From the NCBI GenBank assembly GCA_963737065.1, contig CAVTRC010000002.1, forward strand, positions 64,001 to 128,000: a DNA stretch of 64,000 nt. Reading direction: 5' to 3'. Shown piece by piece: positions 29,501 to 37,650 of the stretch (the stretch's first letter is position 1; each line of letters opens with the position of its first letter). The notes under the pieces were generated by a model, which saw only the letters and a list, made by a program, of their open reading frames with translations, did not search any database and was not told where the DNA came from. Source of the stretch: Candidatus Eremiobacteria bacterium (GTDB taxonomy: Bacteria > Vulcanimicrobiota > Vulcanimicrobiia > Vulcanimicrobiales > Vulcanimicrobiaceae). Made by a program: the position numbers and the translations under genes.

Positions 29501-29771
29501 ATCGCCGCGCATTACGTTTGCGTACCACTTTTACGTCGACATCCCGCTCATCTGTCTGTGCAATGCAGTGGTGCTGCAGCGCCTGTGGGAATGGTCGAGG
29601 ACGCGCGGATCGAGTACGAAGTGGGCCGGTGCCGCAGCGATCGGCGCGGCCGTGCTCATTATTGCGTTCGGCTTCGGGTTCTTCTATCCGATTCTTTCGG
29701 CGGAGAAGATTCCATGGGACGCGTGGCATGCGCGCATGTGGATCGGCAAGTGGATCGTCGGACCGGGATAG
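26511..29771 (+). CDS. Membrane protein with two GT-C glycosyltransferase modules (C-terminal protein O-mannosyltransferase-like)
   Basis: N-module: DYPP, WGQIDS, IKPQ, MHERY; C-module: FDEIYF, HPPL, GWRF, HPYSSKWWEWP, FYP. Confidence 0.85.
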   Translation: MKVMTNDQPSVWERTYPWALPALLLLGFVVRMLFVRSSGFQTDVSTFEAWAISVHENGLANFYAKTSFADYPPGYLYILGLIGALWAPFRAHDPGYAMLGVLVKMPSILADLGVGALLFALGRRFAAPAIAFGAAALYVFNPATIFNSADWGQIDSVSAGLALLAAFFLLKSDDSPAERLSWQIPVAWVTFAYSLLIKPQAAVLIPIFIAFAFTDRERMRSRVAGTAIGIVAACIFAILLVEPFHPSNPIAALGWLLQRYSVGSAVYDYNTVNAFNLWALRGDLWEKDSQPIVGLAQYVWGIGLVIAALALIVWRYVQERTPASLLESSALALLAFFVLATRMHERYIFDGMLFSVACIPIARRYVWGSIVLSIVLFANLLYSLQYLLAVTGGMPGANPHNLWGVGTQFFAVLAVGTFFLLGWAYLGGSTERDESLGVRPPHDAAATQPRSWWRALDYFDPREGLAVMRKPLDYVVMGSLGAASFIVSYINYWYPPTKVFDEIYFARAAEEYLKNMRIYENTHPPLSKLLVTLSVLLFGGLGHGDNSYGWRFLDVVFGALVVMLLYVFAKRVTKSTIFATIAAAFLFFDGMHFVQSRIATPEGFVVFFSLAAVYAFYRFLIASQVEEREHVAVPGFAFGAGVAVSLVIGLIAVLVWDLVWTHMPNPSKLDLPTSIVIALYVALGVYLLVRYVAFPKIYADGTTEQTYADGSYALVDAQRHAVFAVDGGAIESAPGGKAKIRNGPYSQNRAGALEYVDGDVTLTYRTEPSVTYGSPAGRVVYANNEVHADAEVEQGKSAKLWLLAFTIALGLLVSSKWYGVMGFGVSFIALIFVSLQRFFRRGRIALWGNPRGFRLDGALVTILFVAATVYGLVWIPDLVRQSPDPNEIHNINDVVARQYSMFEYHDTLKATHPYSSKWWEWPLDYVPIAYYYQDNRANKSDDHGCCVEEITSMPNPFNMWLGLVCVPIVAFLAWRERNKAYALIVLTYLLQWLPWMRSPRITFAYHFYVDIPLICLCNAVVLQRLWEWSRTRGSSTKWAGAAAIGAAVLIIAFGFGFFYPILSAEKIPWDAWHARMWIGKWIVGPG

Positions 29772-29801
29772 CGAAGGATCGTCGGGCAGAGGAAGTGTTG
29801 T

Positions 29802-30542
29802 ATGGGTCGCAAGTGGCAGAATATCAAACTCGGCAAAGGTAAACTCGATCAAGAACGTGGAGCGCTCTTCACGCGGTTGAGCAGAGAAATCACGCTCGCC
29901 GCGAAGAACGGCTCGACCGATCCCGATGCGAATCACCGGCTGAAGATCGCGATCGATAAAGCGCGCGAAAACAACATGCCGCAAGATAACATCAAGCGGG
30001 CAGTCGCGCGCGGCGCCGGCGGCACGGGTGAAAAAGAGATCGAAGAAGTTCGCTATGAGGGATACGGACCGCACGGCGTGGCCGTCGTCGTCGATGCCGC
30101 GACGGACAACCGCAACCGCACCGCCGGCGAGATGCGTTTCGTATTTAGCAAGCACGGCGGCTCGCTCGGCGAGTCGGGTTCGGTCGCGTGGATGTTCGAT
30201 CAGGTTGGAATCGTGGAAGTCGACACGGCGGCAAAATCCGAAGACTCGTTGACCGAAACCGCGCTCGTTGACGGAGTTGTCGATCTGGATTACGGAGATG
30301 AGCAGAGTTCAATTTATACCGAACCGACGCAACTAGCACGTGCGCGCGAATTGCTCTCGATCGCCGGATTGAAAATCACCGGCGCATATCTCGGCGTACG
30401 TGCGAAGCAGACCGTTGCGCCCGAAGGACCCGGCCTCACCGACGCGCTCGTGTTCCTCGACGCAATCGAGTCTAACGAAGATGTGCAGCGCGTCTTCAGC
30501 AACCTCGAGCTCTCCGACGCTGCCCTGGAGGCTCTCGCCTGA
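29802..30542 (+). CDS. yebC: YebC/PmpR family protein
   Basis: KWQNIK, MPQDNIKRA, YEGYGPHGVA, TDNRNRT, GSVAWMF. Confidence 0.93.
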   Translation: MGRKWQNIKLGKGKLDQERGALFTRLSREITLAAKNGSTDPDANHRLKIAIDKARENNMPQDNIKRAVARGAGGTGEKEIEEVRYEGYGPHGVAVVVDAATDNRNRTAGEMRFVFSKHGGSLGESGSVAWMFDQVGIVEVDTAAKSEDSLTETALVDGVVDLDYGDEQSSIYTEPTQLARARELLSIAGLKITGAYLGVRAKQTVAPEGPGLTDALVFLDAIESNEDVQRVFSNLELSDAALEALA

Positions 30543-30577
30543 ACGGACGTATAGAGCGCGAAGACCGGCGCGAGGCC

Positions 30578-31621
30578 GTGCACCGGTACATCCCGCGAGA
30601 CTGGGTCTTTCCGCTCGTGCTCGCTGCGTTCGTCGGCGTCGTCGTGTGGTTCGGTCATCAAATTCACGACTTCTTGCTTCCACCGGTCGATGAGGTGACG
30701 ATCCCCTCCTTCATCGGTCAAACGCTCGGTGATGCAAACAACGCGGCCGAACGCATGCACTTGACGAGCGAAGTCATCGACCACGCGACGAGCGACCGGT
30801 ATCCGAAAGGTGTGGTGATGAACCAACGTCCCGATTCCGGTACGAAGGTGCGCGCGGGACGGCAAGTCGGATTTGTCGTAAGCGACGGTATCGTCACGCG
30901 GTTGATGCCGGATATGCGCTACCAATCGATGCGCGAAGTCGGACTCGATCTCTCGCGCACGCGCTTGCAGTTGGGCAAGGTAACCTATGTAAAGAGTGAC
31001 GTTGTTCCGGAAGGCCACGTCATCGCGCAAGATCCTCAGCCGCTGACCAATGTGCTCGAAGGCGACAAGGTCGATCTCGTCATCAGCAAAGGCGGCGCAG
31101 CAAACGTACGCGTCCCCGACTTCGTCAACATGAAGATCGACGCCGCGCGGGCGCTCGCCGACAAAATGGGCGTGAAACTCGGGCAATTGGTATGGACGCC
31201 GCTGGGCAGCAGCGGACCCGCCCACGGCATCGTCGCCCGGCAATCCGTCTCGCCGGGAACCCGCATCGGTTCGTACGACCCCGTCTCGCTTCAAGTCAGT
31301 GCGGGACCGAACGAATCGGGTTATTTGTTGCGGCAAGTACGCGTGCTCGCGTCCGTGCCGACGCCGCAGGACGTGAAGCCGGGCGAATCGGTGAAGCTCA
31401 CCCTGCGCGTGCGCGATGCGACCGGAACCTATGACGCGTTTCGCGGGTACGCGCAGCCGGGACAAAAACTCGACTTCACCGTGAGCGCGCTCGGCACGTC
31501 GGTCGTTGATATGTACGTCAACGACTCGCTTGTCGGCGAGACGCGATTGGGCAACGAACCGCCGAAGGTCTACAACGAAGGCAAGAAGTCGCCGCCGCCC
31601 GGACCGTCCCCTACACCATGA
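30578..31621 (+). CDS. Membrane-anchored PASTA-repeat protein with no kinase domain
   Basis: One N-terminal TM helix, three repeats beginning IPSFIG / MPDMRY / VPDFVN with G-x-V-x2-Q-x-P motifs. Confidence 0.85.
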   Translation: MHRYIPRDWVFPLVLAAFVGVVVWFGHQIHDFLLPPVDEVTIPSFIGQTLGDANNAAERMHLTSEVIDHATSDRYPKGVVMNQRPDSGTKVRAGRQVGFVVSDGIVTRLMPDMRYQSMREVGLDLSRTRLQLGKVTYVKSDVVPEGHVIAQDPQPLTNVLEGDKVDLVISKGGAANVRVPDFVNMKIDAARALADKMGVKLGQLVWTPLGSSGPAHGIVARQSVSPGTRIGSYDPVSLQVSAGPNESGYLLRQVRVLASVPTPQDVKPGESVKLTLRVRDATGTYDAFRGYAQPGQKLDFTVSALGTSVVDMYVNDSLVGETRLGNEPPKVYNEGKKSPPPGPSPTP

Positions 31622-32286
31622 GCGACATCTACATCGCGCCGTCACTGCTCTCAGCGGATTTTGCCCGCATTGCCGAAGAGATCGCGGCGGTTGATGATGC
31701 GGGTGCCGACTTTCTGCATCTCGACGTGATGGACGGGCGATTCGTGCCGAACTTGACGTGGGGCCCGAAGATCATTGGTGACCTGCGCAAGCTAAGCCGC
31801 CGCGTCTTCGACTGCCACCTGATGATCGTCGAGCCCGAGAAGTATGTCGACGAATTCCGAAAGGCCGGCGCAGACATCATTACGTTTCATTACGAAGCGA
31901 CGTCGCACGCGCAACGTCTGCTCATGCACATTCGCGCGCTCGGCGCAAAGGCAGGAATTTCACTCTGCCCGCAAACGCCGGTGGCGATGCTGCAGGACAT
32001 CATCGACGATTGCGACCTCGTGCTCATCATGAGTGTGAACCCGGGCTTCGGCGGCCAAAAATTCATTCCGCGCTCGCTCGCAAAACTGCGAGAAGCGCGA
32101 GACCTCGTCGACGTGCGCAATCCGGCGTGTATTCTCGAAGTCGACGGGGGTATCGGCAGCAACAACATCCGCGAAGTCGTCGATGCCGGCGCGCGCGCGA
32201 TCGTGATGGGGTCGAGTATTTTCGGAACGCCGGACCCCGGCGAAACGACACGAAAAATGCGTGCGCTGTTGCACGCATCTCCCTAG
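31618..32286 (+). CDS. rpe: Ribulose-phosphate 3-epimerase
   Basis: IAPSLLSADF, HLDVMDG, MSVNPGFGGQ, EVDGG. Confidence 0.97.
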   Translation: MSDIYIAPSLLSADFARIAEEIAAVDDAGADFLHLDVMDGRFVPNLTWGPKIIGDLRKLSRRVFDCHLMIVEPEKYVDEFRKAGADIITFHYEATSHAQRLLMHIRALGAKAGISLCPQTPVAMLQDIIDDCDLVLIMSVNPGFGGQKFIPRSLAKLREARDLVDVRNPACILEVDGGIGSNNIREVVDAGARAIVMGSSIFGTPDPGETTRKMRALLHASP

Positions 32287-33263
32287 TGACCGAAGACGAA
32301 TTGGTATGCGCGATTGCGGAACTGACGCGTCGCGAACACTCGCGAGTAACGATCGGCATAGGCGATGACGCCGCCGTGTGGCAGCCGTCTCGCTCGCACC
32401 GCAGCGTCGTCACGACCGACGCGCTGATCGAAAACGTGCACTTTTCGCTCGCGTGGATGACCCGGGAAGACGCCGGATGGCGGGCGATGGCCGCAAGCGC
32501 GAGCGACGTCGCCGCGATGGGCGCGCGGCCGCGCCTCGCGACCGTCGCGCTCGGCGTGCCGGCTGAAGCGCGCGCCGACGCGATTCTCGAATGGTATTGC
32601 GGAATGGAGGCCTGTGCGCGCGCGACCGGGATCGAAATCGCGGGCGGTGATCTTACGCGCGCGCCGGTGTGGATGATTTCGATTACGGCGATCGGTGAAG
32701 TGCGCGCGTCGAGTCTGAAGTTGCGATCGGGTGCGCGCGCCGGCGACGTGCTCGCGCTTACCGGCGAAATTGGAGCAAGCCGTGCGGGACTGCTACATCT
32801 GCGGGGCGACATCGCGCTCGATGAAAGCGACGCCGTTCCCGCGCTACGCGCACATCGGCGTCCCGTGCCGCGTGTTGCCGAAGGCCGGTGGCTCGGCGCG
32901 AGCGGAAACGTCCATGCGATGATGGATTGCTCCGACGGGCTTTCGACCGATCTGTTTCGCCTACTCGGTGCGTCGCGCGCCGGAGCCGTCGTCGACGCTG
33001 TACCGGTTGCATCGTCAGCGCGCGCCGCCGCCGCGCAGACCGGTATCGACGCGTATCAGTTTGCGCTCGCGGGGGGCGAGGATTTCGAGTTGATCGTCGC
33101 CGTCGCGCCGCGCGCGTTTCCGTATCTCGCGGCACGCTTCAATGCGCGTTTCGGGCGGATGCTCCACCGGGTAGGGACGGTTGAAGCGGACGAGCGTGTC
33201 TTCCTCGTGAATGACGGTCGCGAAGACCGCTTAGAGCGCACCGGCTGGGAACATTTCGGATGA
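32286..33263 (+). CDS. thiL: Thiamine-monophosphate kinase
   Basis: GIGDDAA, SDVAAMGA, GGD, DCSDGL, GGEDFEL, GWEHF; GTG start inferred at the rpe stop. Confidence 0.92.
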   Translation: MTEDELVCAIAELTRREHSRVTIGIGDDAAVWQPSRSHRSVVTTDALIENVHFSLAWMTREDAGWRAMAASASDVAAMGARPRLATVALGVPAEARADAILEWYCGMEACARATGIEIAGGDLTRAPVWMISITAIGEVRASSLKLRSGARAGDVLALTGEIGASRAGLLHLRGDIALDESDAVPALRAHRRPVPRVAEGRWLGASGNVHAMMDCSDGLSTDLFRLLGASRAGAVVDAVPVASSARAAAAQTGIDAYQFALAGGEDFELIVAVAPRAFPYLAARFNARFGRMLHRVGTVEADERVFLVNDGREDRLERTGWEHFG

Positions 33264-33346
33264 AAACGATCGAAGCAATGTGCTTGTGCGAGCTGAAGTT
33301 CGAGCCGCCGAAGCATACAATCGTTTACGGGTAAGCTGAACGTCAC

Positions 33347-33784
33347 ATGCTTTCTCAGACGCTCTATTTGGGCGAAAACGACGGCAAGCCGCACGTCCGT
33401 ATCGAAGTGACGGGATTCGAACATCCCGACACGGTGGAACCGCACGGCATGGACCTCCTGCGCTGTGTGGTGCACGCGGTCGCGCCGCCGGTGAATGCGC
33501 CGTTCGACGTGTCGATGCGCGTCGAAGAGTTTACCGACTTGCGCGGCTATCTCGCGCAAATCAATTCCGGCAATGGACCGGCGGGGACGTTTTCCCTCGC
33601 GGGCGGACTCTTCGAGCTGTCCTTCGCGCCCAGCCGCCGCGGCCCGGTACTGTGCGGTGTTCGTTTGAAAAGCATCGAAAGCTCGCACGTGCGCGTCGAG
33701 TACATGGTGACGCTCGAGCCGGAGAACATATCACGTGCGCTGATGGATCTCTCCGCGCTGCATAGCGCGGCGGCCGCAGAATAA
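33347..33784 (+). CDS. Hypothetical protein
   Basis: 145-aa ORF with protein-like composition filling the gap before a terminator. Confidence 0.7.
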   Translation: MLSQTLYLGENDGKPHVRIEVTGFEHPDTVEPHGMDLLRCVVHAVAPPVNAPFDVSMRVEEFTDLRGYLAQINSGNGPAGTFSLAGGLFELSFAPSRRGPVLCGVRLKSIESSHVRVEYMVTLEPENISRALMDLSALHSAAAAE

Positions 33785-33812
33785 AAGAACCGCTCGAATC
33801 GAGCGGTTCAAG
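33783..33812. terminator. Hairpin between convergent genes (terminator for rpmB, possibly bidirectional)
   Basis: GAACCGCTCGA/TCGAGCGGTTC inverted repeat at 33787-33809; preceding AAAA gives a U-tract on the minus strand. Confidence 0.7.
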
Positions 33813-33832
33813 TGATCGTGTCGCGGAGAACC

Positions 33833-34024
33833 TCAGACGGCGCGCGTAACGCGCTTCGAGCGCATGCATTGCGTGCACACTTTCGCGGTGCGGTGCGTTC
33901 CCCGATCGTTGACTTTCACCGACTGCAGATTCGGCAGCCACCGGCGTTTCGTCTTGTTCATCGCGTGGCTGACGTTGTTGCCGGCTTTCGGCCCTTTGCC
34001 ACAAATTTCGCAGCGCTTCGCCAT
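33833..34024 (-). CDS. rpmB: 50S ribosomal protein L28 (Zn-binding type)
   Basis: [10 protein letters not shown]...[18 protein letters not shown]...VCTQC. Confidence 0.97.
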   Translation of the reverse strand: MAKRCEICGKGPKAGNNVSHAMNKTKRRWLPNLQSVKVNDRGTHRTAKVCTQCMRSKRVTRAV

Positions 34025-34134
34025 CGCAAACGTTCCTTATGTTTTTGAGAGCTGATATAGACGTCATCGCGGTTCGGCCCGAAGCGCCAAACGAAACGGA
34101 TCCGGCGTAGCCGAACCCTCGGGACAACCCGCAG

Positions 34135-34164
34135 ATGATATCACGGCGCTGCCGGCATTGACAA
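34135..34164 (-). promoter_or_regulatory. Probable rpmB promoter
   Basis: Minus strand: TTGTCA, 18-nt spacer, extended -10 TGaTATCAT. Confidence 0.5.
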
Positions 34165-34200
34165 GGATTCCGTTAGCCAAGGCTAGCAGACCGCACCCCC

Positions 34201-35790
34201 GTGGACGTCATCGCACTCGACGGCCGCGCCTACGCGAAATTTCTGGCGGCCGGGACCTATTTCTTGCGGAAGTACCGCCAGGTCCTCAACGACCTCAACG
34301 TCTTTCCGGTTCCCGACGGCGATACGGGAACGAATATGTACCTGACCGCGCGCTCGGCGATGACGGAAGCGGGCAAGGTGCAGAGTGCTCGCCTAGCCGA
34401 CGTCGCCGCCGCTGCGGCCGCCGGCAGCCTCATGGGTGCGAGGGGCAACTCGGGCGTCATCATTTCGCAGATGCTGCGCGGTTTCGCGCACCACGTTCGC
34501 CACCGCGGTGACATCGATACGTTCGTGTTCGCCACCGCGATGCGTGAAGCGGTCGGCGCTGCGAAGCAGGCACTGCTCAAGCCGGTCGACGGGACCATTA
34601 TCTCAGTTGCGGAAGCTGCTGCCGAGGCGGCGTACCGGCTGGCGCTCCACGAACGCGATTTCTACCGCTTGGCCAACGGCGTGCTGCGTGCCGCCAATGA
34701 CGCGCTGGACAGGACGCCCCAGCAATTGCCGGTACTCAAAGAAGCCGGCGTGGTGGATTCGGGCGGCGCGGGATTCGTCTATTTCCTCGAAGGCATCTTA
34801 CGGTTTTTGCCCGATGTGAAAGTGCGTGCGACCGCGTTTCCGCGCCGGCCGGTACGGCAAAGCGTCTTCACTGCCGCACAAGTCGTCGGTGAGAACAAAT
34901 ATTGTACCGAGTTCGTTCTCGAAAACGCGCGCTGCAGCGTCAACGAATTGCGCGAGCAGCTTACGCCGCGCGGCGAGTCGCTTCTCGTTGCGGGTGACGC
35001 GCCGACGATTAAAGTGCACGTTCATACCGACAATCCGGAACGCGTGCAAGAGATCGCGGGACGCCACGGATCGCTTACGCGCGTCAAGGTTGACAATATG
35101 GAGCAACAACACCAGCTGCTGGTCGTCGATACGCCGCGAATCGAACGTTCTATCGTTGCCGTCGTTCCGGGTCCCGGTTTCGACCGCATCGCGCGCGAAC
35201 TTGGGGCCGAAGTCACCGTCGCGGGCGAGAAGAATCCGAGTGTGCGTGACCTCTTGCTCGCGGTGAACAAAACGCTCGGAGAAGATGTCTATCTTTTCGT
35301 CAACGACAAGAACGTCGCGCTCGCAGCCAGTGAAGCCGCAAAGCTGACGAATAAGCGGCTGCACGTCATTCCGACCGAGGACATCGTCGGGGGCATAGCG
35401 GGGCTCTTCGCGATGCGAGGCGCCCGCAATGGAGCGATGACGGTCGACGCATTGACATCGGCCGCGGCTCGCGTTGCAGGTGCGCAGTTGTTTTTTGCCG
35501 GCAAAGACGCGAGCGTTCGCGGCACTTCGGTCGCGAAAGGAAAACCGGCGGCGCGAGCCGCCGGCGAGCTCTATTCAGCAGAGACGCTCAGCGAGACGGC
35601 GGCGCTCGCGCTGCGCGCGATGGGCGCGGCGGACGGCAGTCTCGTCACGCTCTACTATGGAGGGACGCAGAAAGAGCGCGACGCGCAGCGCTTAGCTCAG
35701 GAGCTATGTGCGGTATTTCCGGGCGCCGACGTCGAATACTACTACGGCGGTATGAAGAACGCGGAGTACTGGATGTCACTCGATGAGTAA
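34201..35790 (+). CDS. fakA: DAK2 domain fatty acid kinase catalytic subunit (FakA/YloV-like)
   Basis: LNVFPVPDGDTGTNM, GARGNSGVI, AGVVDSGG, YCTEF, KVHVHT. Confidence 0.92.
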   Translation: MDVIALDGRAYAKFLAAGTYFLRKYRQVLNDLNVFPVPDGDTGTNMYLTARSAMTEAGKVQSARLADVAAAAAAGSLMGARGNSGVIISQMLRGFAHHVRHRGDIDTFVFATAMREAVGAAKQALLKPVDGTIISVAEAAAEAAYRLALHERDFYRLANGVLRAANDALDRTPQQLPVLKEAGVVDSGGAGFVYFLEGILRFLPDVKVRATAFPRRPVRQSVFTAAQVVGENKYCTEFVLENARCSVNELREQLTPRGESLLVAGDAPTIKVHVHTDNPERVQEIAGRHGSLTRVKVDNMEQQHQLLVVDTPRIERSIVAVVPGPGFDRIARELGAEVTVAGEKNPSVRDLLLAVNKTLGEDVYLFVNDKNVALAASEAAKLTNKRLHVIPTEDIVGGIAGLFAMRGARNGAMTVDALTSAAARVAGAQLFFAGKDASVRGTSVAKGKPAARAAGELYSAETLSETAALALRAMGAADGSLVTLYYGGTQKERDAQRLAQELCAVFPGADVEYYYGGMKNAEYWMSLDE

Positions 35791-36793
35791 GGCACGCATC
35801 GCCATCGACGCAATGGGTGGAGATCATGCGCCCGACGAGATCGTCGCCGGTACCGTTCTTGCGGCGAACGAATGCGACGCGGAGCTGACGCTCGTCGGAG
35901 ATGAGTCTCGCGTGCGCGCATTACTGCGCGGCCCCGGTTCAGAAAAGATCGCCGTCGCGCACGCTCCTGAAGCCGTGCCGATGGATCAGCATGCATCCGC
36001 TTCGCTGCGTTCGTCCGATCGCACCTCGCTCGGCGTTGCGGTCAATCGGGTGAAAAACGGCGAGGCGGACGCCGTCGTCTCGGCCGGGAATAGCGGCGCG
36101 TTTCTCGCGATTGCGCTCATCAAATTGCGCACGATCGAAGGGATTGCGCGGCCCGCGATCGCGACGGTGTGGCCGGCGCTTCACGGTCCGACCGTGCTTC
36201 TCGATTCCGGTGCGAACGTCGATTGCCGTCCGGAGTGGCTCGAACAATTCGGCATGATGGGTTCCGCGTATGCGAAGGCGGTGCTGGGCATTGAGAATCC
36301 GCGAGTCGCGATTCTCTCCGTCGGCGAAGAACGCACGAAGGGCAATACGCAAGTACTCGAAGCGGCGCAGTTGCTCGATAAAGCGCCGGTCCACTTCATC
36401 GGCAACATCGAGGGCAAAGACATGTTTCACAATGCAGCCGACGTCATCGTCGCCGACGGATTCGTCGGCAACATCGTCTTGAAGACCGGCGAAGGCATGG
36501 TCTCGGCGATGGGCACGGTAATCAAAGACACGCTGCTTGGAAGCGGACTGCTGACAAAGCTCGGCACGGCGATGCTCGCGCCCGCGCTGCGCGGTTTGAG
36601 GCGGAAGTTCGACTACGAGACGTATGGCGGCGCGCCGCTGCTCGGGTTACGCGGAAACTGTATCGTAACGCACGGGCGCGCATCGCGGCGAGCGATCAAA
36701 CACGCGATCGGCGCCGCGATCGCGGAAGTCGATCATGACGTCGTCGGCAAGATCACCGAACTCGTAAAGCCGCACCTCGCGAAAGAGGCGTAG
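35783..36793 (+). CDS. plsX: Phosphate acyltransferase PlsX
   Basis: IAIDAMGGDHAP, SAGNSGA, LDSGAN, DGFVGNIVLK, GGAPLLG. Confidence 0.96.
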   Translation: MSKARIAIDAMGGDHAPDEIVAGTVLAANECDAELTLVGDESRVRALLRGPGSEKIAVAHAPEAVPMDQHASASLRSSDRTSLGVAVNRVKNGEADAVVSAGNSGAFLAIALIKLRTIEGIARPAIATVWPALHGPTVLLDSGANVDCRPEWLEQFGMMGSAYAKAVLGIENPRVAILSVGEERTKGNTQVLEAAQLLDKAPVHFIGNIEGKDMFHNAADVIVADGFVGNIVLKTGEGMVSAMGTVIKDTLLGSGLLTKLGTAMLAPALRGLRRKFDYETYGGAPLLGLRGNCIVTHGRASRRAIKHAIGAAIAEVDHDVVGKITELVKPHLAKEA

Positions 36794-36795
36794 CA

Positions 36796-37650
36796 CTGTC
36801 GCTGCAGATCGTGACCGACAGCACGTCGGATATTTCGCCCGAACGCGCGCGTTCGCTCGGGATCACGGTCGTGCCGCTTTTCGTCGTTTTCGGCGATCGC
36901 AGCTATCGCGATTACGTGGACTTGAGCCGTTGGCAGTTCTACGAGATGCTCGCGAACGAAAAAACGCTTCCGACCACCTCGCAGCCGTCTTCGCAGATGT
37001 TCGAAGAAGCGTTCCGGCCACTCGTCGATGCGGGTGACGAGATTCTTTGCATCACGATCTCTTCGTTTCTCTCGGGAACGATCAATGCGGCTCGCGCTGC
37101 CGCGCAAACGTTTCCCGACGCTTCGATCGAGATATACGACTCGCAGAGCGTTGCCGGCGGTCTCGGTATGATGACGATGCGCGCAAGAGACCTTGCCACG
37201 CGCGGCGCGAGCCGCGCGGAGGTCGTGCACGCGCTTGACTCCGAGCGCGTAACCCAACGTCTCTACGCGTCCATTCCGGATCTCTCGCATCTTCAGCGAA
37301 CCGGACGCATCGGTAAAGCGCAGCAAGTCCTCGGAACGTTGATGAAGATCGTTCCGGTGCTCGCGCTCAAAGACGGGCAAGTGGCCGCGGAAGCGCAGGT
37401 TCGTACGTTCAATCGCGCGCAGGACGCGATGCTCGACCTTGCGATGAACGCGGTAAGCGACGTAACGAAGGCGCGTTTTCTCGTCATGCACACCAACGCG
37501 CCGCAGCTTGCGGAGAACGCGCTCATCAAAGTCAAAGATCGCATCGACGGCACACCGCGGCTCCTCGAGATTCTAGAAGCCGGCCCGGTAATCGCGACGC
37601 ACGCAGGCGCCGGCGCGGTCGGAATCTTCGTCGCGCAAGATGCGCTTTGA
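36796..37650 (+). CDS. DegV family fatty-acid-binding protein (FakB-like); CTG start proposed
   Basis: IVTDST, PTTSQP, ISSFLSGT, L-x2-L-x2-GRI, HAGAG. Confidence 0.9.
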   Translation: MSLQIVTDSTSDISPERARSLGITVVPLFVVFGDRSYRDYVDLSRWQFYEMLANEKTLPTTSQPSSQMFEEAFRPLVDAGDEILCITISSFLSGTINAARAAAQTFPDASIEIYDSQSVAGGLGMMTMRARDLATRGASRAEVVHALDSERVTQRLYASIPDLSHLQRTGRIGKAQQVLGTLMKIVPVLALKDGQVAAEAQVRTFNRAQDAMLDLAMNAVSDVTKARFLVMHTNAPQLAENALIKVKDRIDGTPRLLEILEAGPVIATHAGAGAVGIFVAQDAL

